NCBI GenBank assembly: GCA_035466375.1
Contig: DATIVB010000056.1
Coordinates: 10,075-74,074, forward strand
Direction: 5' to 3'
From: Chondromyces sp.
GTDB taxonomy: Bacteria > Acidobacteriota > Thermoanaerobaculia > Thermoanaerobaculales > Sulfomarinibacteraceae
DNA: 64,000 nucleotides
Shown in pieces: positions 1-8,313 of the stretch. Both the position numbers and the translations under genes were made by a program. The notes beneath the pieces are model-generated. The model saw only the letters and a program-made list of their open reading frames with translations. It ran no database searches and was not told where the DNA came from. The first letter of the stretch is position 1, and every line of letters starts with the position of its first letter.

Positions 1-73
1 AATCCGAAATCCGAAATGGGCGGGCGGGCGGCATTCCGAATTCCTAATTCCGAATTCCGAATTTCGAATTTCC
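1..73. repeat. Window-truncated modular simple-repeat element. It has AATCCGA x2 (1-17), the G-tract GGGCGGGCGGGCGG (18-31), then six ATTCCGA/ATTCCTA/ATTTCGA-type 7-mers (32-73).
   Basis: Read directly from the sequence. It has the same architecture (short AT-richer tandem units plus a G3N1 tract) as the elements at 1646-1893 and 62993-63867. Confidence 0.8.
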
Positions 74-78
74 CCCGT

Positions 79-87
79 CTGCTATCC
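79..87 (+). promoter_or_regulatory. Extended -10-like motif TGCTATCCT upstream of guaA
   Basis: TGn + TATCCT lies 20 nt upstream of the guaA ATG (107), immediately after the repeat element. No convincing -35 was seen. Confidence 0.3.
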
Positions 88-106
88 TCCGCCGCGGGGA
101 GCACTG

Positions 107-1639
107 ATGCAGCACCAGGTCATCCTCATCCTCGACTTCGGTTCGCAGTACACGCAGCTGATCGCGCGCCGCCTGCGCGAGCTCGGAGTCAAAACAGTGG
201 TCGAGCGCGGCGATCTCGAGGCCGCCCGGATCGAGGCGGCGGCACCGATCGCGGTGGTGCTCTCCGGGGGGCCTGCGAGCGTCTTCGAGGCCGGCGCGCT
301 GCAGGTCAGCCCCAAGGTCTTCGAGCTCGACGTGCCGGTGCTCGGCATCTGCTACGGCCTCCACCTCATGGCCCGCGACCTCGGCGGCGAGGTGCGCTCG
401 TCGAGCCGCCGCGAGTACGGCTTCGCCGAGCTCGAGGTGGTGGCGGAAGGACCGGTGTTCGGCGGCACGCCGCGCCGCCAGCCGGTGTGGATGAGCCACG
501 GCGACCTCGTGGTGCGGGTCCCGCCCGGCTTCGAGGTCCTGGCGCGCACCCCGACCACGGAGGCCGCCGCGGTCTTCGACCCGCAGCGGCGCTTTCTCGG
601 GCTGCAGTTCCACCCCGAGGTCCGGCACACCCCGCACGGCATGCGGGTGCTGGAGAGCTTCATCGAGCTCGCGGGGGCGCGCCGCGACTGGAGCCCGTCG
701 GTGATCCGGCAGGAGCTCGTGGCGCAGCTGGCGGCGCGGCTCGGCGAGGGGCGGGTGATCTGCGGCGTGTCCGGCGGGGTCGACTCGTCGGTGACGGCGA
801 TGCTCCTGCGGGAGGCGATCGGCGAGCGCCTGCTGCCGATCTTCGTCGACACCGGCCTGCTGCGCAAAGACGAGGGCGACCGGGTCGAACGGAGGTTCGC
901 AGAGTTCGGTCTGCAGCTCGACCGGATCGACGGCAGCGAGCGCTTCTTCGCCGCGCTCGAAGGAGTCGACGACCCCGAGGCCAAGCGGCGCATCATCGGC
1001 CGCGAGTTCGTGGAGATCTTCGAGGCCGAAGCGGCGCGCCACCCGGACGCCCGCTTCCTCGCGCAGGGAACGCTCTACCCCGACGTCATCGAGTCGTCCG
1101 GGGTGCGAGGCACCGCGGCGGTGATCAAGACCCACCACAACGTGGGCGGGCTGCCGGAGCGCCTCGGCCTCGAGCTCGTGGAGCCGCTGCGCGACCTCTT
1201 CAAGGACGAGGTACGCCGGGTGGGGGAGGAGCTCGGCCTGCCGCAGGACTTCGTGTGGCGCCACCCCTTCCCGGGCCCCGGCCTTGCGGTCCGAGTCCTC
1301 GGCGCCGTCGACCGCGCCCGCGTCAGGACCCTGCAGGAGGCCGATGCGATCGTCGTCGAGGAGATCCGTGCGGCCGGCCTCTACGACGACATCTCGCAGG
1401 CCCTGTGCGTGCTGCTGCCGGTCAAGAGCGTCGGCGTGATGGGCGACTCGCGGACCTACGAGAACGTGCTCGCGGTGCGGGCGGTGACGACCAGCGACTT
1501 CATGACCGCCGACTGGTACCGCTTCCCGCCCGAGGTTCTCGACCGCATCGCCCGCCGCGTCGTCAACGAGGTCAAGGGCATCAACCGCGTGGTCTACGAC
1601 GTCACGTCGAAGCCGCCCGGCACCATCGAGTGGGAGTAG
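107..1639 (+). CDS. guaA: GMP synthase (glutamine-hydrolysing)
   Basis: 510-aa ORF. It has an N-terminal class-I amidotransferase (ILILDFGSQYTQLIARRLRELGV, GICYG catalytic Cys, FHPE), the ATP-PPase SGGVDSS motif, and a C-terminal dimerisation domain ending KPPGTIEWE. Confidence 0.97.
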   Translation: MQHQVILILDFGSQYTQLIARRLRELGVKTVVERGDLEAARIEAAAPIAVVLSGGPASVFEAGALQVSPKVFELDVPVLGICYGLHLMARDLGGEVRSSSRREYGFAELEVVAEGPVFGGTPRRQPVWMSHGDLVVRVPPGFEVLARTPTTEAAAVFDPQRRFLGLQFHPEVRHTPHGMRVLESFIELAGARRDWSPSVIRQELVAQLAARLGEGRVICGVSGGVDSSVTAMLLREAIGERLLPIFVDTGLLRKDEGDRVERRFAEFGLQLDRIDGSERFFAALEGVDDPEAKRRIIGREFVEIFEAEAARHPDARFLAQGTLYPDVIESSGVRGTAAVIKTHHNVGGLPERLGLELVEPLRDLFKDEVRRVGEELGLPQDFVWRHPFPGPGLAVRVLGAVDRARVRTLQEADAIVVEEIRAAGLYDDISQALCVLLPVKSVGVMGDSRTYENVLAVRAVTTSDFMTADWYRFPPEVLDRIARRVVNEVKGINRVVYDVTSKPPGTIEWE

Positions 1640-1645
1640 CGCGCC

Positions 1646-1693
1646 GAATTCAGAATGAGGAATGAGGAATGAGGAATGCCTCCCACCCCCGCC
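1646..1693. repeat. Left arm of a modular inverted-repeat element: GAATGAGG-type 8-mers x3-4, then the C-tract CCTCCCACCCCCGCC
   Basis: Tandem gaatgaggaatgaggaatgaggaatg followed by cctcccacccccgcc. It is an imperfect reverse complement of 1831-1877. Confidence 0.8.
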
Positions 1694-1830
1694 AGGGAGT
1701 CCAGGTTCGTCGGATCGGATGTTCTTATCCGGCTCGATGCGCCTCGAGGACGTAGACCAGAGCCCACCGTCTCTTGCGACACGTTGAACGGTTCTGTCTG
1801 CGAAAGTTGCGGACCACATGCACGTCCTCC

Positions 1831-1893
1831 GGGGGGAAGGTCGGGATTTCCTAATTCCTCATTCCTCATTCCTAACTCGGTCCGGGTGGGTGG
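1831..1893. repeat. Right arm of the modular inverted-repeat element. It has a G-tract (GGGGGGAAGGTCGGG), CCTCATT/CCTAATT-type repeats, then GGGTGGGTGG.
   Basis: atttcctaattcctcattcctcattcctaact is the complement type of the left-arm repeats. It is flanked by G-runs and abuts the TAGAAT box. Confidence 0.8.
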
Positions 1894-1899
1894 TAGAAT
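1891..1899 (+). promoter_or_regulatory. Extended -10 promoter motif TGGTAGAAT
   Basis: TGn + TAGAAT lies 86 nt upstream of the ATG at 1985. The same TGnTAGAAT is seen at 63898-63906, and a TAGAAT hexamer occurs on the minus strand at 15792-15797. Confidence 0.4.
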
Positions 1900-1984
1900 G
1901 CCCCCCGCCGCCGGTTCAGCTTTACCCGGCGGCGCATCCACCGGGGCGGGGCGCCCCAGCGGTGGACACCCCTGGAGGACAATC

Positions 1985-3307
1985 ATGGCTCGGACGAAGG
2001 TCGTCATCATGGGCGCGGCCGGCCGCGACTTCCACAATTTCAACTGCCTGTACCGCGACAACGAGGCCTACGAGGTCGTCGCGTTCACGGCCACCCAGAT
2101 TCCGGACATCGAGGGCCGCACCTACCCGGCGGAGCTCGCGGGCTCGCTCTACCCCGACGGCATCCCGATCCATCCCGAGTCGGACCTCGAATCGCTGGTC
2201 CGGGAGCACCACGTGGATGAGGTGTGGTTCAGCTACTCCGACGTGCCGCACACCTATGTCATGAACATCGCCAGCCAGGTGATCGCATGGGGCGCGCACT
2301 TCGGCGTGTGCTCGGCGACCAGGACCATGATCGAGTCGAGCCTGCCGGTGATCGCCGTGACCGCGGTGCGCACCGGCGTCGGCAAGTCGCAGACCACGCG
2401 CTACGTCTCCCGGCTGCTCAAGGCGATGGGCAAGAAGGTGGTCGCGATCCGCCACCCCATGCCCTACGGCGACCTCGCGAAGCAGGCCTGCCAGCGGTTC
2501 GAGAACTACGAGGACCTCGACCGCCACCAGTGCACCATCGAGGAGCGCGAGGAGTACGAGCCCCACATCGACAACGGCTTCGTCGTCTACGCGGGCGTAG
2601 ACTACGAGAAGATCGTCCGCGAGGCCGAGAAGGAGGCCGAGGTCATCCTCTGGGACGGCGGCAACAACGACACCCCCTTCTACCGCCCCGACCTCCACAT
2701 CACGCTCGTGGACCCCCACCGCGCCGGCCACGAGCTGAGCTACTACCCCGGCGAGACGAACCTCCGCATGGCCGACCTGCTGATCGTCAACAAGGTCGAC
2801 ACCGCCGACCCGGTCAAGGTCGAGCAGGTTCTCGACACCTGCCGCACCGCCAACCCCGGCGCGCGGGTCATCAAGTGCCGCTCGCTGATCACCGTCTCGC
2901 AGCCCGAGCTGATCGCCGGCAAGAAGGCGCTGGTCGTCGAGGACGGGCCGACCCTCACTCACGGCGGCATGAGTTACGGCGCCGGCTGGTTCGCGGCCAA
3001 GAACGCAGGCGCGGCCGAGATCGTCGACGCCCGTCCCTATGCCGTGGGCAGCATCAAGGAGACGTACGAGAAGTACCCCAACGCGGCCAAGATCCTGCCT
3101 GCGATGGGCTACGGCGACGCCCAGGTGCGGGAGCTCGAGGAGACCATCAACTCGACGCCGGCCGACGTGGTGGTCGAGGGGACCCCGATCCAACTGTCGC
3201 GGATCCTCAAGGTCAACAAGCCCATTGCCGACGTGACATACGAGCTCGAGGAGGTCGAGCCGGGGACCATTGAGGAGATGGTGGCGAAGGCCGTCTCCAA
3301 GGCCTGA
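1985..3307 (+). CDS. COG2403-type P-loop protein (cyclic 2,3-diphosphoglycerate synthetase-like / predicted GTPase family)
   Basis: The ATG at 1985 (MARTKVVIMGAAGRDFHNF) follows a GGAGG SD. There is a Rossmann-like N-terminus, and VRTGVGKSQTTRYVSRLLKAMGKKVVAIRHPMPYGD resembles the COG2403 family as I recall it. The family assignment is from memory and was not searched. The upstream part of the 1676 ORF is repeat sequence and is not coding. Confidence 0.65.
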   Translation: MARTKVVIMGAAGRDFHNFNCLYRDNEAYEVVAFTATQIPDIEGRTYPAELAGSLYPDGIPIHPESDLESLVREHHVDEVWFSYSDVPHTYVMNIASQVIAWGAHFGVCSATRTMIESSLPVIAVTAVRTGVGKSQTTRYVSRLLKAMGKKVVAIRHPMPYGDLAKQACQRFENYEDLDRHQCTIEEREEYEPHIDNGFVVYAGVDYEKIVREAEKEAEVILWDGGNNDTPFYRPDLHITLVDPHRAGHELSYYPGETNLRMADLLIVNKVDTADPVKVEQVLDTCRTANPGARVIKCRSLITVSQPELIAGKKALVVEDGPTLTHGGMSYGAGWFAAKNAGAAEIVDARPYAVGSIKETYEKYPNAAKILPAMGYGDAQVRELEETINSTPADVVVEGTPIQLSRILKVNKPIADVTYELEEVEPGTIEEMVAKAVSKA

Positions 3308-3313
3308 GCGGCG

Positions 3314-4192
3314 ATGGCGACCGCGTCGTCCCGCTGGGTGTCGGTGGTGCTGTGGGTGGCGGCGTTCGCCGTCACCGTCATGCTGGCCGTGTTCCAGCGG
3401 ATGACCGGCCCGAGCTACCCCCTGCGAGGAGTGCTGCAACTGGCCGACAGCAGCGAGATACGTTACCGGCTGCCGCGCTCCAGCCAGGGCCGGGACTCCC
3501 TCGTGATCTCGGTGCCGAGGCTGCCGGGGACCGACGCCGCGGTCCTCGAGTGGCGCCGCTATCCCACCGACGAGCCGTATCGGCGCCTGCCCATGTTCGG
3601 AACGGAGGACGGCAGCTTTCGAGCCGAGATCCCACGCCAACCCGCGGCCGGCAAGGTCGAGTACGTCGTGCGGCTCGCGGGCGCAGGCCACGAGCGAGTG
3701 CTGCCCGCGGGCGAGCCGGTGGTGGCGCGCTTCCGCGACCCGGTGCCGGCGGCCGTCCTGGTGCCGCACATCATCCTGATCTTCGGGAGCATGCTGGTCT
3801 CGACGCGCGCCCTGCTCGAGGTCCTCAGGCGAGGTGCGCCCACAGCGAGGGGGCTCGTCCTCGTCGCCATGGGGCTGCTGATCTTCGGCGGCCTGGTGCT
3901 CGGGCCCGTGGTGCAGAAGTTCGCCTTCGGCGCCTACTGGACCGGCTGGCCGCTGGGCACCGACCTCACCGACAACAAGACCCTGTGGGCCTTTCTCGCC
4001 TGGCTTCCGGCGACGGTCGTGGCGCTGAGCGGCCGGCGCACGCGGTGGGCGGTCGTGGTCGGCTGGGTGGTGATGATGGGCGTGTTCCTGATCCCACACA
4101 GCCTCCGCGGCTCCGAGCTCGACTGGTCGCAGCCATCGGCGGTCGGCGAGGCCGCCGGAGAGGGCGGCGCAGGAGACGTGACTCCGCAGTGA
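3314..4192 (+). CDS. Hypothetical integral membrane protein (N-terminal anchor, extracytoplasmic domain, C-terminal multi-TM region)
   Basis: 292-aa ORF 6 nt after the previous stop. Hydrophobic segments include VVLWVAAFAVTVMLAV, VLVPHIILIFGSMLV, LVLVAMGLLIFGGLVLG and VVGWVVMMGVFLI. No family was recognised. Confidence 0.7.
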   Translation: MATASSRWVSVVLWVAAFAVTVMLAVFQRMTGPSYPLRGVLQLADSSEIRYRLPRSSQGRDSLVISVPRLPGTDAAVLEWRRYPTDEPYRRLPMFGTEDGSFRAEIPRQPAAGKVEYVVRLAGAGHERVLPAGEPVVARFRDPVPAAVLVPHIILIFGSMLVSTRALLEVLRRGAPTARGLVLVAMGLLIFGGLVLGPVVQKFAFGAYWTGWPLGTDLTDNKTLWAFLAWLPATVVALSGRRTRWAVVVGWVVMMGVFLIPHSLRGSELDWSQPSAVGEAAGEGGAGDVTPQ

Positions 4193-4205
4193 TATCCTGA
4201 TCCCC

Positions 4206-4670
4206 GTGGGGGCGGAACTGCAGGCGGTTCAGCGAGATCAGCGCTTCCTTCTGGTTCGGGCCGGGGGCGTGTGCTACGGGATCGCCGCCGAACAGGTGCG
4301 GCACCTGGTGCGCGGCCTGACCTGTCACCCTCTGCCCGGCTCGAACCCGCGGCTGCTCGGCCTGGCACAATTCGGAGGCGAGCCGCTGGCGGTGCTCGAC
4401 CTCCACGCGCTCGCGGAAGGCGGGCCGGCGCTCAGCGGCCAGTGGGTGACCGTCATTCTCGGCCGCGGCGACCGCGACTCGTGGTCGGCGATCGGCCTCG
4501 CCGTCGACGAGGCCCTGCGGGTGGAGGTCCTCGACCGCCAGCCGTCGGGCGGACGGGGCCGCCGTCTGGTCGAGGGCGTGGTCGAGCTCGGCGACTGCGC
4601 GGTCAAGGTGCTGGACACGTCGCTGCTGCTGGCGGACGGACGGCAGGGCGGAGGAGGGGACGATGACTGA
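4206..4670 (+). CDS. cheW: CheW-like chemotaxis coupling protein
   Basis: GTG start. FLLVRAGGVCYGIAAEQVRHLV...LLGLAQFGGEPLAVLDLHAL is the typical CheW-domain pattern. It overlaps the MCP start by 8 nt. Confidence 0.85.
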   Translation: MGAELQAVQRDQRFLLVRAGGVCYGIAAEQVRHLVRGLTCHPLPGSNPRLLGLAQFGGEPLAVLDLHALAEGGPALSGQWVTVILGRGDRDSWSAIGLAVDEALRVEVLDRQPSGGRGRRLVEGVVELGDCAVKVLDTSLLLADGRQGGGGDDD

Positions 4671-6294
4671 AGCGCGCGGGCTCCGGCTCCTGGGGCCGTG
4701 GACGGGTCTGCTGCTGCTCGCCGTGCTGGCGCTCGCGGCGTGGGCGTTGATGGTCTCACTCGCCGACCAGGCGCACCAGGCGTGGCCGGTGCGGGTCTTT
4801 CTGGTCGTCGCGATGGTCGTCGCCGTGGCCTACGTGGCGCTGGTCCACATTCCGCAGCGCCGGCTGGCGCAACGTCTTGCCGATCTGCAACAGCGCCACG
4901 ACGAGCAGTGCGCGGCGCTGATCTCGTCGCTCGAAGAGCTCCGCCACGGGGACCTGGTGGCGATGCTCGAGCCGACCGCGGTCCTGCCGGATGCCATGCG
5001 TGATTCGGTCGGCCTGGCGGCCCGGGCACAGGCCGCGCTGATCCAACAGATCCAGTCGTCGTCGGTCGAGGTGGCGGGGGCGGCGGGCACGGTGCAGCGG
5101 ACGTCCTCCGAGCTGGCGACGGCATCCAATCAGCAGGCCGCTGCGGTGATCGAAATCACCGCCAGCACCGAGGAGCTGGCCCGGACCGCCGGCCAGATCG
5201 CCTCCAACTCGGCCGCCCAGGCGCAACTGGCCGGGCGCTCGCAGTCGTCGGGCGACGAGGGCGCGGCCTCGGTGGAATCGGCGGTGGCGGGGGTTGAAGC
5301 GGTCCGCCGGCACATGGCGGGCATCGCGAGCCGGGCCGACACGCTCGGCCGCCGCTCGCGCGAGATCTTCCGCGTGCTCGACCTGGTCACCGAGATCTCC
5401 CAGGAGACCCACATCCTGGCCCTCAACGCGGCCATCGAAGCGGCGTCGGCCGGCGAGCACGGGGAGCGCTTCGCGGTGGTGGCCGCAGAGGTGCGCCGCC
5501 TCGCGGAACGCTCGCGCGAGTCGATCGACTCGGTGCGCGATCATCTCGACGAGTTCGCGGCCGCGATCCGCGGTGTGACGCTGGCGACCGAGGACGGGAG
5601 CAAGTCGGCGGAGCAGGTGCTGCGCCAGAGCCGCACCGCGCAGAGCGCGATTTCGGAGCTGCGCTCGGCGCTGACCGAGACCGCACAGGCCGCACGGGAG
5701 ATCTCCCTGGCCACCGAAGAGCAGCGGGCCGCCTCGGACCAGGTGGCGAGCGCGCTGCGCGAGGTCAGCGAGGTCATCCAGCGGATCGCCGACGGACTCG
5801 GGCGCTACACCGAGGCCGCCGAGCAGCTCAACGAGCTCGCCCTTTCCATCCAGCTCCTGACCCAGAGCTTCCGCATCGACTCGCCACACTCGCTGAAGAA
5901 CCAGCTCCTGCGCTGGACCGACCGGCTGCGCGACCTGTCGGGCAACCTCGAGGCCGTGGAGGGATCGCTGTCGGCGCTCCTCGAGGACCACCCTTTCCTC
6001 GAGGTGGTCTACCTGGTCGACCCGTCGGGGAGCATGGTCGCGTTCGCGGTCAACCGCGAGCTGGTGGGGTCGCGGCAGCTTCCCGGCAGTATCGCGGCCG
6101 GTCAGTCCTACGCCGACCGGCCCTGGTTCCAGGCGGTGGCGCGCGACCGGCGCTCGGCGGTGACGCCGATCTACAGCTCGTTGCTCACCGGGGACCACTG
6201 TTTCACGATCGCGGTGGCGATCCACGACGCGGACGGCGCGATGGCGGGCACCCTCGGCGTCGACGTCAATCTCCGCAACTGGACGGAGATCTGA
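4663..6294 (+). CDS. Methyl-accepting chemotaxis protein with two N-terminal TM helices, almost no periplasmic loop, and a C-terminal Cache/PDC-like domain
   Basis: TM1 and TM2 are separated by about 10 residues. The MCP signalling hairpin reads EITASTEELARTAGQIA...ILALNAAIEAASAGEHGERFAVVAAEVRRLAERS. The C-terminus reads YADRPWFQAV...VTPIYSSLLTGDHCFTIAVAIHDADGAMAGTLGVDVNL, which is a Cache-type motif. Confidence 0.9.
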   Translation: MTEARGLRLLGPWTGLLLLAVLALAAWALMVSLADQAHQAWPVRVFLVVAMVVAVAYVALVHIPQRRLAQRLADLQQRHDEQCAALISSLEELRHGDLVAMLEPTAVLPDAMRDSVGLAARAQAALIQQIQSSSVEVAGAAGTVQRTSSELATASNQQAAAVIEITASTEELARTAGQIASNSAAQAQLAGRSQSSGDEGAASVESAVAGVEAVRRHMAGIASRADTLGRRSREIFRVLDLVTEISQETHILALNAAIEAASAGEHGERFAVVAAEVRRLAERSRESIDSVRDHLDEFAAAIRGVTLATEDGSKSAEQVLRQSRTAQSAISELRSALTETAQAAREISLATEEQRAASDQVASALREVSEVIQRIADGLGRYTEAAEQLNELALSIQLLTQSFRIDSPHSLKNQLLRWTDRLRDLSGNLEAVEGSLSALLEDHPFLEVVYLVDPSGSMVAFAVNRELVGSRQLPGSIAAGQSYADRPWFQAVARDRRSAVTPIYSSLLTGDHCFTIAVAIHDADGAMAGTLGVDVNLRNWTEI

Positions 6295-6300
6295 GCGGCG

Positions 6301-8313
6301 GTGACGAGCGACCGCCGCGACGAGCTGCTGCCCCTCTTCCTCGACGAGGCGGGGGAGCGCCTGGAACGGCTCAACGAGCTGGTGCGGAGGGTTGACGACG
6401 ATCCGGAGGCCGCGGTCGCGGTGCGGCGCGAGCTGCACGCCCTCAAGGGCGCGAGCCGGATGATGGGCCTCGGAGAGTTGTCCGCCGTCTGCCACGAGGC
6501 GGAGGACGCGGTCGCGGCGGCCGCCGGCGGCGAGCGGCGCGAGCTCGCCGAGCACTGCGCCGAGATCGGCCGACAGCTGGATGAGCTGGGCGACGCCGCG
6601 GCGGCTTCCGGAACTGCCCCGGTGCGCCCGGGGACGCGCCCGAATGGTCCGTCGGACGGACGGCACGGAGGGCGGCGGGGCGAGATCCGCGTGCGGGCTG
6701 CGGTCGTCGACGAGCTGGCCGACCGTGGCGCTCGGCTGCGGGTGATCGCCGCGGCCGCGGGCGGGCTGGCGGACCGCGTGCTGCGGCTCGCGTCCCTGGC
6801 CGAGCTCGGAGTCGGGGAGCCCGAACCGAGGCAGGTGCTGGCGACGCTCGCGACCTCGCTGCGGCAGACGGCGCTGGAGATCGAGAACGGGCAGCGGATC
6901 TTCAGCCGCCTCTCGGAGCGGCAGCTGGAGACCCTGTTGCGCCTCCAGGTGCAATCCCTCGCGCCCTTCATGCGGACCCTGGCGGGGCACGCCCGCGAGC
7001 TGGCCGACTCGCTCGGCAAAGAGGTGGAGCTGCGCGTCGCTGCGGGCGAGGCCGAGCTCGACCGCCGCATCGTCAACACCCTCAGCGAGGCCTTTCTGCA
7101 CCTGGTGCGCAATGCCGTCGACCACGGCATCGAGCGCCCTGCGGAACGGAGGGCCGCGGGCAAGCCCGCAGCGGGGCTCATCCAGCTGCGCGCGGTCACC
7201 GAGGGCGACCGGGTGCGCTTGCAGGTGATCGACGACGGCCGCGGCATCGACCCGGCGGCGGTCGCAGCAGCCACGGTCGCACGCGGGCTGCTGGGGGCCG
7301 AGGACGCCGCGGAGCTGGGTCCGTCGGAAACCCTGCAGATGCTGATGCAACCCGGTTTCACGACCCGTGACGAGACCTCCGAGGTGTCGGGTCGCGGTAT
7401 CGGGCTCGATGCGGTCGCCGCGGCCGTCCGCGCCGTCGGAGGCGATGTCTGGCTGGAGTCGGAGCCGGGCAGGGGCACCGTGGTGACCGTCGAGGTCCCG
7501 GTCGCGCGGCGGGGAGAGCGGGTGCTCGTGCTGCGGGCCGGCGGTCACCTCCTGGCGTTGCCGGCGGCTCCGGTGCAGGCCTTCCGCCGCGTGCATCCGG
7601 GCGTCGTCGACGAAATCGACGGGAGGTACGTGGTCCGCCTGCGGGGGCGGACCATCGAGCCGAGCTTTCTCTCCGGCCCCGGGGGGCGATCCGGTCCGCA
7701 CGGCGTGCTCCTGGAGATGATGGTGGGCGGGACGGTGGTCGCGGTCGTGGCCGACGAGGTGGTGGGGGAGGAGGAGGTCATCGTGCGGCCGATGCCGCCG
7801 GCGGCAGGCGCTCCGCGCAGCGTCGAGGGGATCGCGCTGCTCGCCTCGGGTCGGCCGGTGGCGGTGCTGTCGCCGAGGCAACTGGTGCGGGGCGCCGACG
7901 TCGATGCCGTAGTGCGCGAGGACGGCAGTCGGACCGGAAAACCGTTGCGCGTCCTCCTCGTCGACGACTCCGAATCGACGCGGGAGATGTTCCGCCGTCT
8001 GCTCGAGGACGGCGGGTTCGCGGTGGTCAGCGTCGGTACCGCCGAGGAGGCGGTGCGCGCGCTCGACGGCGCCGAGTTCGACTGCATCGTGACCGATATC
8101 GAGATGCCCGGCATGAGCGGGCTCGATCTGACGAGGACGCTGCGCGCCGAACCGCGTTTCGCCGACCTGCCGGTGATCGTGGTCTCGACCCTCGACCGTC
8201 CGGCGGACCGCCTCGAAGGGCTCAAAGCGGGAGCGGACGCGTATCTGAGCAAGCAGGGCCTGGACGCGCGCGAGCTGGTGGCGCTGGTGGGGCGGGTCGG
8301 AGGCGCGGCGTGA
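6301..8313 (+). CDS. cheA: CheA histidine kinase fused to a C-terminal receiver domain (CheA-REC hybrid)
   Basis: GTG start. Domains read in order are HPt (ELHALKGASRMMG), HATPase (HLVRNAVDHGIE, DDGRGID, GRGIGLD), a CheW-like P5 domain, then REC (RVLLVDDSESTREMF...DCIVTDIEMPGMSG...ADAYLSK). Confidence 0.92.
   Translation: MTSDRRDELLPLFLDEAGERLERLNELVRRVDDDPEAAVAVRRELHALKGASRMMGLGELSAVCHEAEDAVAAAAGGERRELAEHCAEIGRQLDELGDAAAASGTAPVRPGTRPNGPSDGRHGGRRGEIRVRAAVVDELADRGARLRVIAAAAGGLADRVLRLASLAELGVGEPEPRQVLATLATSLRQTALEIENGQRIFSRLSERQLETLLRLQVQSLAPFMRTLAGHARELADSLGKEVELRVAAGEAELDRRIVNTLSEAFLHLVRNAVDHGIERPAERRAAGKPAAGLIQLRAVTEGDRVRLQVIDDGRGIDPAAVAAATVARGLLGAEDAAELGPSETLQMLMQPGFTTRDETSEVSGRGIGLDAVAAAVRAVGGDVWLESEPGRGTVVTVEVPVARRGERVLVLRAGGHLLALPAAPVQAFRRVHPGVVDEIDGRYVVRLRGRTIEPSFLSGPGGRSGPHGVLLEMMVGGTVVAVVADEVVGEEEVIVRPMPPAAGAPRSVEGIALLASGRPVAVLSPRQLVRGADVDAVVREDGSRTGKPLRVLLVDDSESTREMFRRLLEDGGFAVVSVGTAEEAVRALDGAEFDCIVTDIEMPGMSGLDLTRTLRAEPRFADLPVIVVSTLDRPADRLEGLKAGADAYLSKQGLDARELVALVGRVGGAA

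Noticed and set aside
44-1819. 591-aa minus-strand ORF antisense to guaA with a GGAGGA-N5-ATG start inside the repeat-element core
   Set aside because: It runs antisense through the whole of guaA with a low-complexity translation. The SD-like sequence is part of the GAGGACGT/ACGTCCTC long-range complement of the element core.
4363-4380. TGGCAC hexamer inside cheW as a possible second sigma-54 promoter
   Set aside because: The downstream sequence is aattcGGAGG, so there is no TTGC at the -12 position. It also lies inside coding sequence. The other TGGCAC/GTGCCA occurrences I noticed also lack the -12 element.
4756-7881. 1041-aa minus-strand ORF antisense to the MCP and cheA genes
   Set aside because: The translation is Arg/Pro/Gly/His-rich and low-complexity with no recognisable motifs. 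It is fully overlapped by two plus-strand genes with clear domain signatures. Long stop-free antisense frames are expected in GC-rich DNA.
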